DNA of 64,000 nt from a plasmid: the sequence record NZ_OX291475.1; one strand, given 5' to 3'. Of this stretch, positions 10,179 through 20,364 are shown piece after piece. A program made the translations under genes and the position numbers. The stretch's first letter is position 1. Every line of letters begins with the position of its first letter. The notes below the pieces were generated by a model. That model did no database searches, was not told where the DNA came from, and saw only the letters and a list, made by a program, of their open reading frames with translations.

Positions 10179-11405
10179 ATGTTTTGGAATCGTCAACATC
10201 CCTGTCAACTCAGCCTGCTGGCAGTACTGGTGCTAGCTGCATATCTGCCAGGCAAAGCGGTAGCTTATCCCGTTGAAGTCACGAGCAGCCTTCCAGTCGA
10301 AACGCAGGTGGCGCCAGCACTTGGAACCATAAACGGTACACTGTCAGAAATCGCCGGTACCCAGCACCAGGTCGGCGCCGCTATCAACCAGAACGGTGGC
10401 AAAGTTGCCGCACAGATTGAGCAGGCAGCCCAGGCACAGCGGGATCAGGACATATTTTCCCGGCAGACCGAGCGATTGGAACAAGCACGTCGTACCTACA
10501 GCGTTCCTGACAGTATTTGTACCGAATCCGGTTCAGGCATGGCCGCTCAGGTGCAAAGCGGTGCCCGAGCTCGCCAGGGAGCCTTGGCCAGCGGTAGTGG
10601 GATCAGTAACAGTACCATTCGTCAGGGTGTTACCTCACCAACCCCGCCTCCGGAGCAGACACAATTCCGAACGGCCGCAATACATGCCGACTACTGTGAT
10701 GCCACGGATTTTGCGGCATACGGTGGAACAGCCTTGTGCAAAGGCATCTCCGATTTACCTGGTGGCGACAAGAGACTGACAGCCTTGTTGGATGGTGCTG
10801 GTCAGGAAGGGAAAGCCCCGGATTTGACCTTCAACCAACAGCAAACCGATGCAGCGATGGCCTATACCCTCAACAGTGCACCGGCGACTGCAGGTAAGCA
10901 GTTGGGGAAAGGTGAAGTCAAAACGACATCAGGTCAGCAGTACGTAGGGATAATGACACAATATGAATCGGTGAATTCTGCAGCACGCGAACCCATGTTG
11001 GCCATGGTCGCGGCCAGTCAGCCTAATGAAGCTACCCGAGATGTGTTGAAAGAAACGCTGCAGACTGCGTCTGCAACTGCGTATTTTGGGCGTACTGCGT
11101 CGGAGGAAGCGCAACGTAGCGGCATGATGTCCGAACGTGAGTTTGAACAGTTCGAAGTAGGCAGACGCTATGCCAATACGGACTACCAAACTGATCTGCA
11201 GGCAATGGAGGGGGATAATTTAGCGCGTGAGTCTATACGGATCCAATCACTGCAGAACTGGTTATTACTGGGGATAAAGCAACAGCTGCAAAAGAACAAT
11301 ATTCTGCAGGGTCAACAGCTGTCTATCTCAGCAACAGAAAACTATCGTCCGCAGTTGCAAGCAAAAATGCGTGAAGTCAGTGCAGGAGCTGTCCGTCATG
11401 ACTGA
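10179..11405 (+). CDS. Secreted or lipoprotein T4SS component (TraW-like position)
   Basis: The ATG is preceded by GGAG and there is a signal-peptide-like N-terminus. The listed ORF starts at an upstream TTG. Confidence 0.4.
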   Translation: MFWNRQHPCQLSLLAVLVLAAYLPGKAVAYPVEVTSSLPVETQVAPALGTINGTLSEIAGTQHQVGAAINQNGGKVAAQIEQAAQAQRDQDIFSRQTERLEQARRTYSVPDSICTESGSGMAAQVQSGARARQGALASGSGISNSTIRQGVTSPTPPPEQTQFRTAAIHADYCDATDFAAYGGTALCKGISDLPGGDKRLTALLDGAGQEGKAPDLTFNQQQTDAAMAYTLNSAPATAGKQLGKGEVKTTSGQQYVGIMTQYESVNSAAREPMLAMVAASQPNEATRDVLKETLQTASATAYFGRTASEEAQRSGMMSEREFEQFEVGRRYANTDYQTDLQAMEGDNLARESIRIQSLQNWLLLGIKQQLQKNNILQGQQLSISATENYRPQLQAKMREVSAGAVRHD

Positions 11406-11961
11406 AAAAAACGAGAAAACATCGCCACATTGGGGCCGTCGTGTTGGTAAGGGTGCGTATTACACCGCCAACATTTTTTTGCCACTCTCAGAACTGCGAT
11501 ATACCGCCACGAAAATCGGCCCCTCGCTGATTAACCACCTGAAACGAGCACGGCACCTCTCACCGTCTTATAAACTGGAGCAAAAACTGAGAGAACCCAT
11601 GCTGGGCTTTGACGACGCCGTTGCAGCCAGCGGAGTGTCGACGACGGTATTGATAAAACGCTTTCACCGGCGCAAACAACTTTGCCTGGCACTGTCGGCA
11701 GTACCGGCATTTCTCATCATCAGTGTCATGCTGGTCGTCCTGGCCAGCAATATCTACACGCCGTTGTTACTGGCCAAAACGTTGGCCCTGGTGTTAGCCC
11801 TCTTGTCTTTAGCCGCAATCCCCTTCGTTCAGGCTCTCGTTTGCTCATGGCGTTTGTGGCAACTCCGGGAACGCCGGGCATCTCAGCAAGAACGTGGGGG
11901 ATTTAAGGACTTCTTGGCAGAAAACCACTGGCTTAAAACAACGCTTTCACTTCGGCAGTAA
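11398..11961 (+). CDS. Small membrane protein (TraX-like position)
   Basis: The ATG overlaps the upstream gene end with RBS GGAG. There are two to three TM helices. Confidence 0.35.
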   Translation: MTEKNEKTSPHWGRRVGKGAYYTANIFLPLSELRYTATKIGPSLINHLKRARHLSPSYKLEQKLREPMLGFDDAVAASGVSTTVLIKRFHRRKQLCLALSAVPAFLIISVMLVVLASNIYTPLLLAKTLALVLALLSLAAIPFVQALVCSWRLWQLRERRASQQERGGFKDFLAENHWLKTTLSLRQ

Positions 11962-12025
11962 TCTGCAGGTATCACCTTTTCTTCCTGGCGCCCGCCAGGC
12001 AATTGCCTTCAAAAACGAGCATCCT

Positions 12026-14170
12026 ATGAAAGCCATACGAAAATTGATGGCCGGCGTTTTGCTGTGCCTGTTTACGGCCAGTGCCTGGGCCGATACCGCG
12101 GTTAGTTTTGACACCATAGAACAAGCGGCCAAACGGTCGAGTGACCTGTCTCGCCAAATTCTGGTTATGATATTTGGTGACGTTGTCACCAATCCATTAT
12201 CAACTGAATCAAGCATGATCGGTCAGTTATTCTTTGTGTTTAACGGGATAGTCATGGCCATTGCTGTCGTCTGGTTCTTGTTGGTCACAGTCAAACATCT
12301 GGTACAAGCCGGACAGCACGGGAAAATATTCAACCAGGGCAGCTCAATGGTCGGCCCAGTCACAACGACCGCGGGGTTCCTAACCCTAGTACCTACGGTC
12401 TCTGGGTGGTCCTTGGCGCAGCTCATCTTCCTTTGGGCCGCCTCTATCATGGGGATAGGCAGCGCCAATGTAGTAACCGATCGAATTGTGGATTTATTGG
12501 AAGAAGGTTACTCACTGGTGGTACAACCCGTTGCACCACAGACAGTAAGTGCTGCCCGAGCGATTTACGAAATGAATTTATGCATGTATGGGGTTAATTC
12601 GGAACTCAGCAACATGTACCAACAGTATGGTCAGGGTGGTACTCCACTGATGAGTATCAAGTCACTACCTGACGGCTTTGAGATCGGCAACGGTAGCGCT
12701 TTGTGTGGTTCCGCCCGCCTACCGGAAAGCCTGGCAGACCAGACGACCAGCTGGCTATTCCCCGTTCCCGTGAACACAGACAGCATAATCAATGCTCAGC
12801 GCAGTGCCATGAATGAGATGCAAAACACATTATCACAGGACGCATCTCAGTTTGTTTCTGCTCTGGCCAACAAACAGGTGAATGGCAGTGGTTCATTACC
12901 AGATGCTGAAACTGACATCCAGAAAGCGGCACGAGCCTATGAAGACAGAATAAATCAGGCATTGAAAGCACAAGGGCAATCCGACGAACTGGCTTCCGTT
13001 CTCTCGGCACAGCTGAAAAAAAATGGCTGGCTGGCACTCGGATCCTGGTACCAAACGTTTGCCACCGCCAATAACAAGTTCAATGACGCCGTCCAGTTAA
13101 AGCCTGTAATTTCAGGTATGTCTGGCCTGGGTGATTTAGGGGCCAGTGACAACTACTCCAATATAAAAACAGCCTATAAAGCTCAACTGCAGAACTCCCC
13201 CTACACACCCCCACTGGGGACACAAGGAGCGAAAGATACTCAACAAGCCATTGATGCATCTGAACCATCAGCAGTATTCGTTGGTATAACAGGTTCATAT
13301 ATGCAAAAGCTAACAAATACCATTGCCACCTCTAACCTTGGTACTTCTGGTATTGATAGTGATCAAATGAATCCTTTGTTAAAAATGAAATTCATTGGGG
13401 ACATTACGCTGGGAACTGCCGAGGCCACCTTAGGGGTGTTTACAGTTGCCAAAGTGGCAGCGGCGGTCTCTACAAACGGATTTTGGGGGAAAGTAATTGG
13501 CGCATTCTCGATGAATGCAACTGAAGGACTTGCTGCCGTTTTGGACGCATTGTCTCCATTTGTTTATTTTATATTATTTTTGCTATTTGGGATCGGATTC
13601 AATTTATCAATTTACTTGCCATTCATTCCTTTTATCTTTTGGCTTGCTGCAGCAGCGAATTGGCTTGTTAGTGTATTAGTTGGTGCGACAGGCGGAACAC
13701 TATGGGCAGCAACTCACATTGGTTCCGAGGGAGATCGAGGACACAGGTCAGCTTATGGTTACATATTTCTAATTGATGTGATGGTTAGGCCAATGTTAAT
13801 GGTCTTTGGTTTCGTATTCGCCAGCATCATGATTGTAGGTCTAGGTTCATTATTAAACATGATGTTTGGCCCAACAATTGCCAATGTTCAAGCTAATTCA
13901 ATTACTGGGATATTTTCTCTTCTTGGAATCCTTATGCTTTACGCCCGTATTTGTACAACAACGGTGACACGTGTTTTTAGTTTGCAAGTAACCATGCCAG
14001 ATTACATCATCTCATGGCTTGGCGGACGGGAAGCAGCCAGCATTCTTGGTGGTATGGTTGAGTCAACAAAAAACATATTTGCTGGTTTTTCACATGGACT
14101 ACAGAGATCGCCTGGTGTAAAATTCAACCATAGAGGATCTAACCGCGAGAATGGAGATGGTATAAAATGA
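12026..14170 (+). CDS. traY: Large polytopic membrane protein, VirB6-like/TraY-like (714 aa)
   Basis: A signal-like N-terminus (MKAIRKLMAGVLLCLFTASAWA) is followed by many TM helices. It sits after the VirB4 block as traY does in IncI/L/M systems. The 3' third (from about 13300) is markedly AT-rich. Confidence 0.5.
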   Translation: MKAIRKLMAGVLLCLFTASAWADTAVSFDTIEQAAKRSSDLSRQILVMIFGDVVTNPLSTESSMIGQLFFVFNGIVMAIAVVWFLLVTVKHLVQAGQHGKIFNQGSSMVGPVTTTAGFLTLVPTVSGWSLAQLIFLWAASIMGIGSANVVTDRIVDLLEEGYSLVVQPVAPQTVSAARAIYEMNLCMYGVNSELSNMYQQYGQGGTPLMSIKSLPDGFEIGNGSALCGSARLPESLADQTTSWLFPVPVNTDSIINAQRSAMNEMQNTLSQDASQFVSALANKQVNGSGSLPDAETDIQKAARAYEDRINQALKAQGQSDELASVLSAQLKKNGWLALGSWYQTFATANNKFNDAVQLKPVISGMSGLGDLGASDNYSNIKTAYKAQLQNSPYTPPLGTQGAKDTQQAIDASEPSAVFVGITGSYMQKLTNTIATSNLGTSGIDSDQMNPLLKMKFIGDITLGTAEATLGVFTVAKVAAAVSTNGFWGKVIGAFSMNATEGLAAVLDALSPFVYFILFLLFGIGFNLSIYLPFIPFIFWLAAAANWLVSVLVGATGGTLWAATHIGSEGDRGHRSAYGYIFLIDVMVRPMLMVFGFVFASIMIVGLGSLLNMMFGPTIANVQANSITGIFSLLGILMLYARICTTTVTRVFSLQVTMPDYIISWLGGREAASILGGMVESTKNIFAGFSHGLQRSPGVKFNHRGSNRENGDGIK

Positions 14171-14745
14171 TACAATTGAGAGTGTTTTTAAAAACCTTAC
14201 TTTTAATTTTTTTACTCTGTGCCGGAGCATATTCAACATTTTCCTCCATTGCGCTCTTCATCGTCTCTGACTCTCGAACAAATGCTCTCTGGCCCTATGT
14301 TTTCTTGGCTCAAGGGCTTGGTTTTATTTATTTATTTTATCGTATTAATAAAAAGTTAGATGCTAAAACAGACAAGACTATAAACGGTTACTTTTGCAAA
14401 AACTTCACTCCAACAGATGGATATGAAGTTAAATCTCTTTATGATGGTAATTATTTTGGTGTGGATACAAAAAATGGAACCATGCTCTTGGTTTCAACCG
14501 CCAAGTCCATTTATAAAGGCATGAGTATTGCTGACCTGGTTGGATACGAGTGCAGAGGGAATATGCTCACATTGAAATTCAATGATGTTCTTTTCTCAAA
14601 TTTCACCGTCGGCGTCGATAATGAAAGGAAGTGTATGGAGTTAGGCCATAATCTTGATGTATTACTTTCATCTACTTATCGGCCAGAGCGAGATGCTGGA
14701 AATGATTTTAGCGAATTTGTACAAAAAAAATCACTAGCACTTTAA
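14167..14745 (+). CDS. Inner-membrane protein at the excA position (putative entry-exclusion protein)
   Basis: ATGA overlap with the traY stop. The sequence is very AT-rich and has N-terminal TM helices. Position matches traY-excA-trbA. Confidence 0.35.
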   Translation: MIQLRVFLKTLLLIFLLCAGAYSTFSSIALFIVSDSRTNALWPYVFLAQGLGFIYLFYRINKKLDAKTDKTINGYFCKNFTPTDGYEVKSLYDGNYFGVDTKNGTMLLVSTAKSIYKGMSIADLVGYECRGNMLTLKFNDVLFSNFTVGVDNERKCMELGHNLDVLLSSTYRPERDAGNDFSEFVQKKSLAL

Positions 14746-14764
14746 TAATACCACTCTCCATTTC

Positions 14765-14792
14765 AAGCGCCCTAACCGGCGCTTTTTCTTTG
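14765..14792 (+). terminator. Rho-independent terminator after the excA-like gene
   Basis: The hairpin agcgccctaaccggcgct is followed by TTTTTCTTT. Confidence 0.5.
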
Positions 14793-14873
14793 TTGAAGAA
14801 AAACTTCTCCTTGGTGTAACCCCCTTATAACCCGTATTGTTTCCTTGCGGGCATCCTTTTATCAGGAAAGTAT

Positions 14874-16184
14874 ATGGCAACAAGAACAGCCACTCCTACG
14901 CCTCAAGGCCAGGAGCGCGGACTAATGATATTTCTTATCTTTTTCATGGTCTGTTTTTTAATGTGGATATATCAGCCACCCATCATGTATGGAAGTTGTT
15001 GGATAATTTATCAACTCTGGTCTCTTTGCGACTTCCCGCGCAATCACAGTTATGTTGCTGAACGGTTGAATTTATTAGCCTGGGCGGCAAATCGCGTTAA
15101 CGACCTCAGTTGGAGCGAGTTTATTAACGTGATGAATAAAACAGCCGGCATTTTGTTAGCACCACTATCAGTGATAGTTGTAGGGAGCATGATTGCAGTA
15201 CGCAACCATGCGAGTAACCGGACACGAAGAGATATTAACGTATATTCCCTACCTAAAATTATGTCTCGGTTCTCTCCCAATATTGTACCTGCCCTATGCT
15301 ACGGCGATAAGGAAACACAACTGCTGAACTGTGACCCTCCAGAGCATAGAAGTGCGCAGTCACCGGAAGAGTTTGCCAAACAACACCAGTTGGTGATCGG
15401 TGAACGCCTTGATCATGAAAGAGCTCGCATCGTCTTCGAACAGCAACTGGGGGCCCCACTCAAAGATGCATCCAGTTTTAGCCCCCATGAGCGCGCCTTA
15501 GTCGCTGTTTTCGGGCTTCAGGCATTCTTAAAGGACCGCAAGGCAGCTGAGAAATTGCTGGATAGCTTGAATCGCTCCTGCCTCATCAAAAGCCGTCGCG
15601 ATAGAGGGAACAGGGGGTATCCAGTTTTAGGACTGGCGACCAAAGCATTCCAACGCGTGATCAGTACCCCCGAGGCAAAAGCCTGGCTAGGTCGACATAG
15701 CACTACCCGTACCGCAATGTTCGCTTTACATGACCAAGACTTGCGCCTGCCTGGTCCGCGCTTTCGCTGGCTAAAAGGTCTGGATCGCACATTGTGGTAT
15801 ACCCTAACCTCAACCGGCCGGCCGAAAGTCTTTGTTGAAGGTGCTGGCGTGATTGCCGTTTCAAAATGGGAAACCCTGGTTGGGGAAGTATCAGAACGAC
15901 TCAGAGTATCGGTACCCGTGCCAGAAAGTCGAATGGACAAGGCTATCCATGGCTTGGAAATTGATTTGCGGAACCTAGGGTTAACCATAGAAGAAAAAAC
16001 AGCTACCAAGCCTATTGAATGCACCCCAGATGCTGATATGGAAGACGAAGTGGGAGATGTGGTGATTTTGCGCAATCAAGAAATCGTTATACCCGCAGCC
16101 ACCATTGCAACAACACGTTCGCCTGAGCAACACCCCGGCAAAACTCGCACATTCACTCGCCCCAGAACACAACGCCCGTCTTAA
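14874..16184 (+). CDS. TrbA-like transfer protein (436 aa) with an N-terminal membrane anchor
   Basis: RBS AGGAAA plus ATG. There is a hydrophobic segment at the N-terminus. Position matches excA-trbA-trbB-trbC. Confidence 0.35.
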   Translation: MATRTATPTPQGQERGLMIFLIFFMVCFLMWIYQPPIMYGSCWIIYQLWSLCDFPRNHSYVAERLNLLAWAANRVNDLSWSEFINVMNKTAGILLAPLSVIVVGSMIAVRNHASNRTRRDINVYSLPKIMSRFSPNIVPALCYGDKETQLLNCDPPEHRSAQSPEEFAKQHQLVIGERLDHERARIVFEQQLGAPLKDASSFSPHERALVAVFGLQAFLKDRKAAEKLLDSLNRSCLIKSRRDRGNRGYPVLGLATKAFQRVISTPEAKAWLGRHSTTRTAMFALHDQDLRLPGPRFRWLKGLDRTLWYTLTSTGRPKVFVEGAGVIAVSKWETLVGEVSERLRVSVPVPESRMDKAIHGLEIDLRNLGLTIEEKTATKPIECTPDADMEDEVGDVVILRNQEIVIPAATIATTRSPEQHPGKTRTFTRPRTQRPS

Positions 16185-16197
16185 CAGGAAATAATCG

Positions 16198-17211
16198 ATG
16201 AATACTCATTTTACTGCATCCCTGCAGGGTAAAACCCTGTCTGTTTACTCACGAAAATCCGGCAGCGAACAGGCTATTGCCATTCTTGAGCTGGGTGCTC
16301 ATTCCCGCTTTTATATTAAAGATAACAACGTCTACCACGATTGCCGTGCTCTGAACCAAGCTATGATCCATCAGGGAACATCCTATGAGGACGCCCAGAC
16401 AATATTACATGCGATAAATGGCGCCGTTATGCGCCAGCACGACAGGAGGGCTCAGTGTCGCAAACTGACCGCAGGAGTCATTCTCGGTGCCGCCGTTACC
16501 ATGGCTATTGTCACTGCCTGGAGCCTAGGTGCATCTGGAACCAGACCCCTTTTGGTTCCGGCAAAACAAAATTCCGCATTTCAAGCACCAGTAGTATCTT
16601 TACCTAGTTCCCACGTAGCTCCGACTCAACCGACTCCTGCAGTAATAATATCAGCAGATTCGACGCCAACTATCCGCCAGGTTGAACCAGCAGGCGCCCT
16701 CCCCAAAGCCGCCGATTATCAAAAAACGGCAGAGATTTTGCGTAAGACAGCCCAAAGTGGCCAATACACGATCCCGTTGTCATCAGGCCACGCACGCACG
16801 TTGTATGTGTTTGCCGACCCGTTGTGTCACAACTGCCAGATCATTGAACCGGCATTAGAAGCCCTGTCAGAAAAATACAATGTTGAGATTTTCCCGGTGA
16901 CACTTGTTGGTAAGCAACAGACCCTGAACTTGGTGAGTCCTATCCTATGCCAAGCCCCTTCGTCACGTATGGCACTATGGAAATCACTTTTCCGCACAGA
17001 CGCTGGTTTAGCGTCAGGTGAAAACGCCCCACAACCTGCATCATGTGAAGCCGGGGAAACCGCAATCGCCAAAAATGACGTTGCCTTTGATTACTACACA
17101 CTCCCGGGCACCCCTTCTTTATTGGCAGATGATGGTCGCTACATCCCTCTGCAGTCACTGAAAAGTGACGATGCGCTGGAAGCCTTCCTGAACTCATCAA
17201 CCGTCCAGTAA
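16198..17211 (+). CDS. trbB: Thioredoxin-fold disulfide isomerase, DsbC/TrbB-like
   Basis: The CxxC motif (LCHNCQ) lies in a thioredoxin-like C-terminal domain and there is an N-terminal TM/signal segment. RBS AGGAA. Confidence 0.6.
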   Translation: MNTHFTASLQGKTLSVYSRKSGSEQAIAILELGAHSRFYIKDNNVYHDCRALNQAMIHQGTSYEDAQTILHAINGAVMRQHDRRAQCRKLTAGVILGAAVTMAIVTAWSLGASGTRPLLVPAKQNSAFQAPVVSLPSSHVAPTQPTPAVIISADSTPTIRQVEPAGALPKAADYQKTAEILRKTAQSGQYTIPLSSGHARTLYVFADPLCHNCQIIEPALEALSEKYNVEIFPVTLVGKQQTLNLVSPILCQAPSSRMALWKSLFRTDAGLASGENAPQPASCEAGETAIAKNDVAFDYYTLPGTPSLLADDGRYIPLQSLKSDDALEAFLNSSTVQ

Positions 17212-17248
17212 TACCTGCCATCCGATCTTTCTCTGATTGAGGTTACTC

Positions 17249-19426
17249 ATGTCACGTCCTGTAGAAGTCGACCCGCGCCGGGTGCGCAGGCCGCTAGGCT
17301 ATACCTTTATAAATGATGCGTTACTTTCTCCAATAGGGGTTCAACTCAGTCTACTAGCTGGCTTAATTGTGGGTTTTGTTATGCCAGCCACACTGTTACT
17401 TACCGTCCCCGGGTTACTACTTCTGGTCATGCTGTTTGCCGATCGTCCGTTTCGTATGCCATTACGCATGCCAACAGACATTGGCGGCATGGATCTCACG
17501 ACCGAACGTGAAATGCCCAAGTACCGCAAAGGCCTGGGCGGATTTTTCCGGTATGTGGTACGTACCCGAAAATACATGCCGGCAGCCGGTGTAATGTGTC
17601 TCGGGTACGCCCGTGGTAAAGGCCTGGCACGTGAACTATGGCTGACGCTGGACGACGCTTTGCGGCATATGCTGCTATTGGCCACCACGGGTTCGGGTAA
17701 AACCGAGGCTCTCTTGTCGGTCTTTCTCAATTCGATATGCTGGGGACGTGGGATCTGTTATTCGGACGGTAAGGGCCAGAACACTCTGGCCTTCGCCATG
17801 TGGTCTCTGGCTCGTCGCTTTGGCCGCGAAGATGATTTCTACGTGTTGAATTTCATGACAGGGGGGACGGACAAGCTACTGCAACTGTTGCTCAACGATA
17901 AGAAACGGCAACCATCAAACACCATCAATCTATTCGGAACCGCTAACACCACCTTTATCATCCAGCTGATGGAGTCCATGTTGCCACCTGCCGGCAGTGG
18001 AGATCAGGGCTGGCAGGACAAAGCAAAATCAATGCTGTCTGCCTTGGTTTATGCCATCTATTACAAATGCAAACGAGAAAAACGCCGGATCTCGCAAAAG
18101 GTTATCCAGGAATATTTACCCCTGCGGAAACTTGCAGACCTCTATCAAGAAGCTAAACGGGACGGATGGCACCGTGAGGCATACAACCCATTGGAGAATT
18201 ACTTCAACACATTGGCTGGTTTCCGCATTGAGTTGATTAACAAACCATCGGAGTGGGAACAAGGGGTATACGACCAACACGGGTACCTGATCCAGCAGTT
18301 TAACCGCATGCTCACCATGTTTAACGACCTCTACGGCCACATTTTCTCAACCGATGCCGGCGATATTGATATCGAAGACGTACTGCACAACGATCGCATT
18401 CTCTGCACGACCATACCCGCGCTGGAACTCTCCAAGGGGGAAGCATCCAACATCGGTAAGCTGTACATCTCAGCCATCCGCATGACCATGGCCAGAGACC
18501 TGGGCTGCGAGCTCGAAGGGATGATGAACGATGTGCTGATCGTCAAAAAATACAGTGGCAAGTTCCCCTACCCGATCGCCATGGATGAGTTGGGTGCCTA
18601 CTTTGGCCCGGGTATGGACAACCTGGCCAGCCAGATGCGAAGTCTGGGGTATATGCTCATTGTTTCTGCCCAGGATATTCAGAGGTTTATCGCCGAACAC
18701 AAAGGCGAATACATGACAGTAAACGCCAACCTGCTGACCAAGTGGTTCATGACACTGCAGGACGAGAAGGACACGTTCGATCTGGCCAGGATCACCGGGG
18801 GTAAAGGATATTATGCCGAGCTGGGTTCGGTAGAACAGGCAGGCGGGTTTATTACGCCTAACTACGAAGATGCAGCCAATAACTATATTCGCGAAAAAGA
18901 TCGACTAGACCTGGGTGACTTGAAGGATATGAGCCCCGGTGAAGGCATGATTTCCTTTAAAAGCGCGCTGGTACCGAGTAATGCCATTTATATCCCAGAT
19001 GACCAGAAAATGACGTCTTCGCTGCCAATGCGTATCAACCGTTTCATCGACGTGGAAACTCCCACCGAAGCTGAGTTATTTACGCTGAACCCGTCATTGA
19101 AGCGCAAATTACCGCCTACCGCGCAGGAGATCGATGGCATCCTTCAACGCCTTGAGCAGGCAATGGATACAACAACATCTGCCGGCATGATGGATCCCGT
19201 ACTCAAACGCGTTGCTGCAGTGGCACTCGACCTGGACAACCGCGCCGACATCAGTTACTCACCAACTCAACGTGGTGTGTTGCTATTTGAAGCTGCCAGG
19301 GAAGCACTGCATCAGAATAAACGCAATTGGCGTCAGTTGCCGTCACCACCAAAACCCATCCGCGTTTCAAAAGAAGTCGCACAGTCATTGGCGAACGCCG
19401 GCACAAACCAAATCACTTTCCGCTAG
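17249..19426 (+). CDS. trbC: Type IV coupling protein (VirD4/TrbC/TraD family ATPase)
   Basis: There are N-terminal TM helices and the Walker A motif LLATTGSGKT. Size is about 725 aa. ATG with RBS GAGG is preferred over the listed TTG at 17237. Confidence 0.8.
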   Translation: MSRPVEVDPRRVRRPLGYTFINDALLSPIGVQLSLLAGLIVGFVMPATLLLTVPGLLLLVMLFADRPFRMPLRMPTDIGGMDLTTEREMPKYRKGLGGFFRYVVRTRKYMPAAGVMCLGYARGKGLARELWLTLDDALRHMLLLATTGSGKTEALLSVFLNSICWGRGICYSDGKGQNTLAFAMWSLARRFGREDDFYVLNFMTGGTDKLLQLLLNDKKRQPSNTINLFGTANTTFIIQLMESMLPPAGSGDQGWQDKAKSMLSALVYAIYYKCKREKRRISQKVIQEYLPLRKLADLYQEAKRDGWHREAYNPLENYFNTLAGFRIELINKPSEWEQGVYDQHGYLIQQFNRMLTMFNDLYGHIFSTDAGDIDIEDVLHNDRILCTTIPALELSKGEASNIGKLYISAIRMTMARDLGCELEGMMNDVLIVKKYSGKFPYPIAMDELGAYFGPGMDNLASQMRSLGYMLIVSAQDIQRFIAEHKGEYMTVNANLLTKWFMTLQDEKDTFDLARITGGKGYYAELGSVEQAGGFITPNYEDAANNYIREKDRLDLGDLKDMSPGEGMISFKSALVPSNAIYIPDDQKMTSSLPMRINRFIDVETPTEAELFTLNPSLKRKLPPTAQEIDGILQRLEQAMDTTTSAGMMDPVLKRVAAVALDLDNRADISYSPTQRGVLLFEAAREALHQNKRNWRQLPSPPKPIRVSKEVAQSLANAGTNQITFR

Positions 19427-19436
19427 AGAGAACCAC

Positions 19437-19973
19437 ATGCAACGCTCTGTTATCCGACCGCTCACACTGGCATGGCTGCTGGCGGTGCCATTCGTCTCGC
19501 TTCCCGTACAGGCCTCACCAACATTCAGCGTAGGCTTTTCCCCTTCTTACTCAGCCAAAACCGCCGTATTGGATGTGATTAACCAGGCACAACAGACGTT
19601 GAACGTCGAAGCCTATTCGTTTACTGACAAGGGGATCGCCAGGGCACTACTTGCCGCAAAAAAAAGAGGTGTCACCGTTAGAATTATCGCGGACCGCAAA
19701 GCCAACAGCGATAACTATACCGCGGTAACGTTTATGTCCAACAGTGGCCTCAACGTCCGCCTCAACGACAAATATGCTATATTTCACAATAAGATAATTC
19801 TGGCTGACGGTCATACCTTGCAAACCGGCAGTTACAACTACTCCTCAAGTGCAGATAAACGCAATGCGGAGAATGTATTGGTAGTACGCAACCAACCCCA
19901 GTTGGTGACAGTCTATCAACAAGAATTCGAACGGCTATGGCTGGAAAGCCAGCCCCTTCCTCCTAACTACTGA
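19437..19973 (+). CDS. nuc: Phospholipase-D-family endonuclease (Nuc-like)
   Basis: A signal peptide is followed by the HxK(x)4D motif (FHNKIILAD). Size is about 178 aa, as in plasmid Nuc proteins. Confidence 0.75.
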   Translation: MQRSVIRPLTLAWLLAVPFVSLPVQASPTFSVGFSPSYSAKTAVLDVINQAQQTLNVEAYSFTDKGIARALLAAKKRGVTVRIIADRKANSDNYTAVTFMSNSGLNVRLNDKYAIFHNKIILADGHTLQTGSYNYSSSADKRNAENVLVVRNQPQLVTVYQQEFERLWLESQPLPPNY

Positions 19974-19982
19974 GGCACCGGT

Positions 19983-20306
19983 ATGAGTGACAAAAACCTG
20001 GACTATCGGCGCGGCTATACTGAACTGGTAAGGCTGTGTGCAATGATGTTGATGGCTCTGACGGAAACAGAGTCCAGGGAAGATGACACCAGACCGGTGT
20101 TGACAACCGAGCGGGCGGAGAACCTGCGTGATGAGTGCGCCAGATTGCTTAATCTCTTTGTCGCCCAAGAACAATTCGATGTCGATAAGCATGATGCGAT
20201 TATGCATCGTATGATGGCCATATTCACTGAGATAAACGGTAACGACAGTAACGCTTGGCTAACGTATCAGCCAGCGCTGCAACAGTTGCACAAACACCTC
20301 AACTGA
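19983..20306 (+). CDS. Hypothetical protein (107 aa)
   Basis: RBS GAGG plus ATG. It is coding-like but has no recognisable motif. Confidence 0.4.
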   Translation: MSDKNLDYRRGYTELVRLCAMMLMALTETESREDDTRPVLTTERAENLRDECARLLNLFVAQEQFDVDKHDAIMHRMMAIFTEINGNDSNAWLTYQPALQQLHKHLN

Positions 20307-20315
20307 ACACCCAAT

Positions 20316-20353
20316 AAAAAGCCGGCGCAGTGAAAACTGCAGCCGGCTTTTTT
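20316..20353. terminator. Bidirectional rho-independent terminator between convergent genes
   Basis: AAAAA-GCCGGC-loop-GCCGGC-TTTTTT. Confidence 0.5.
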
Positions 20354-20364
20354 CGTTGTAACGA

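Noticed and set aside
1-19426. Initial impression of a PFGI-1/ICEHin1056-type (MPF-G) ICE, based on the ~1000-aa VirB4 and the DsbC-like gene.
   Set aside because: The gene order VirB4-..-large membrane protein-excA-like-trbA-trbB(DsbC)-trbC(T4CP), plus nuc, plus nikB-nikA with an F/I-type leading region and parMR/parAB, fits IncI/IncL/M-type MPF-I plasmids much better. No tRNA or integrase typical of an ICE is present.
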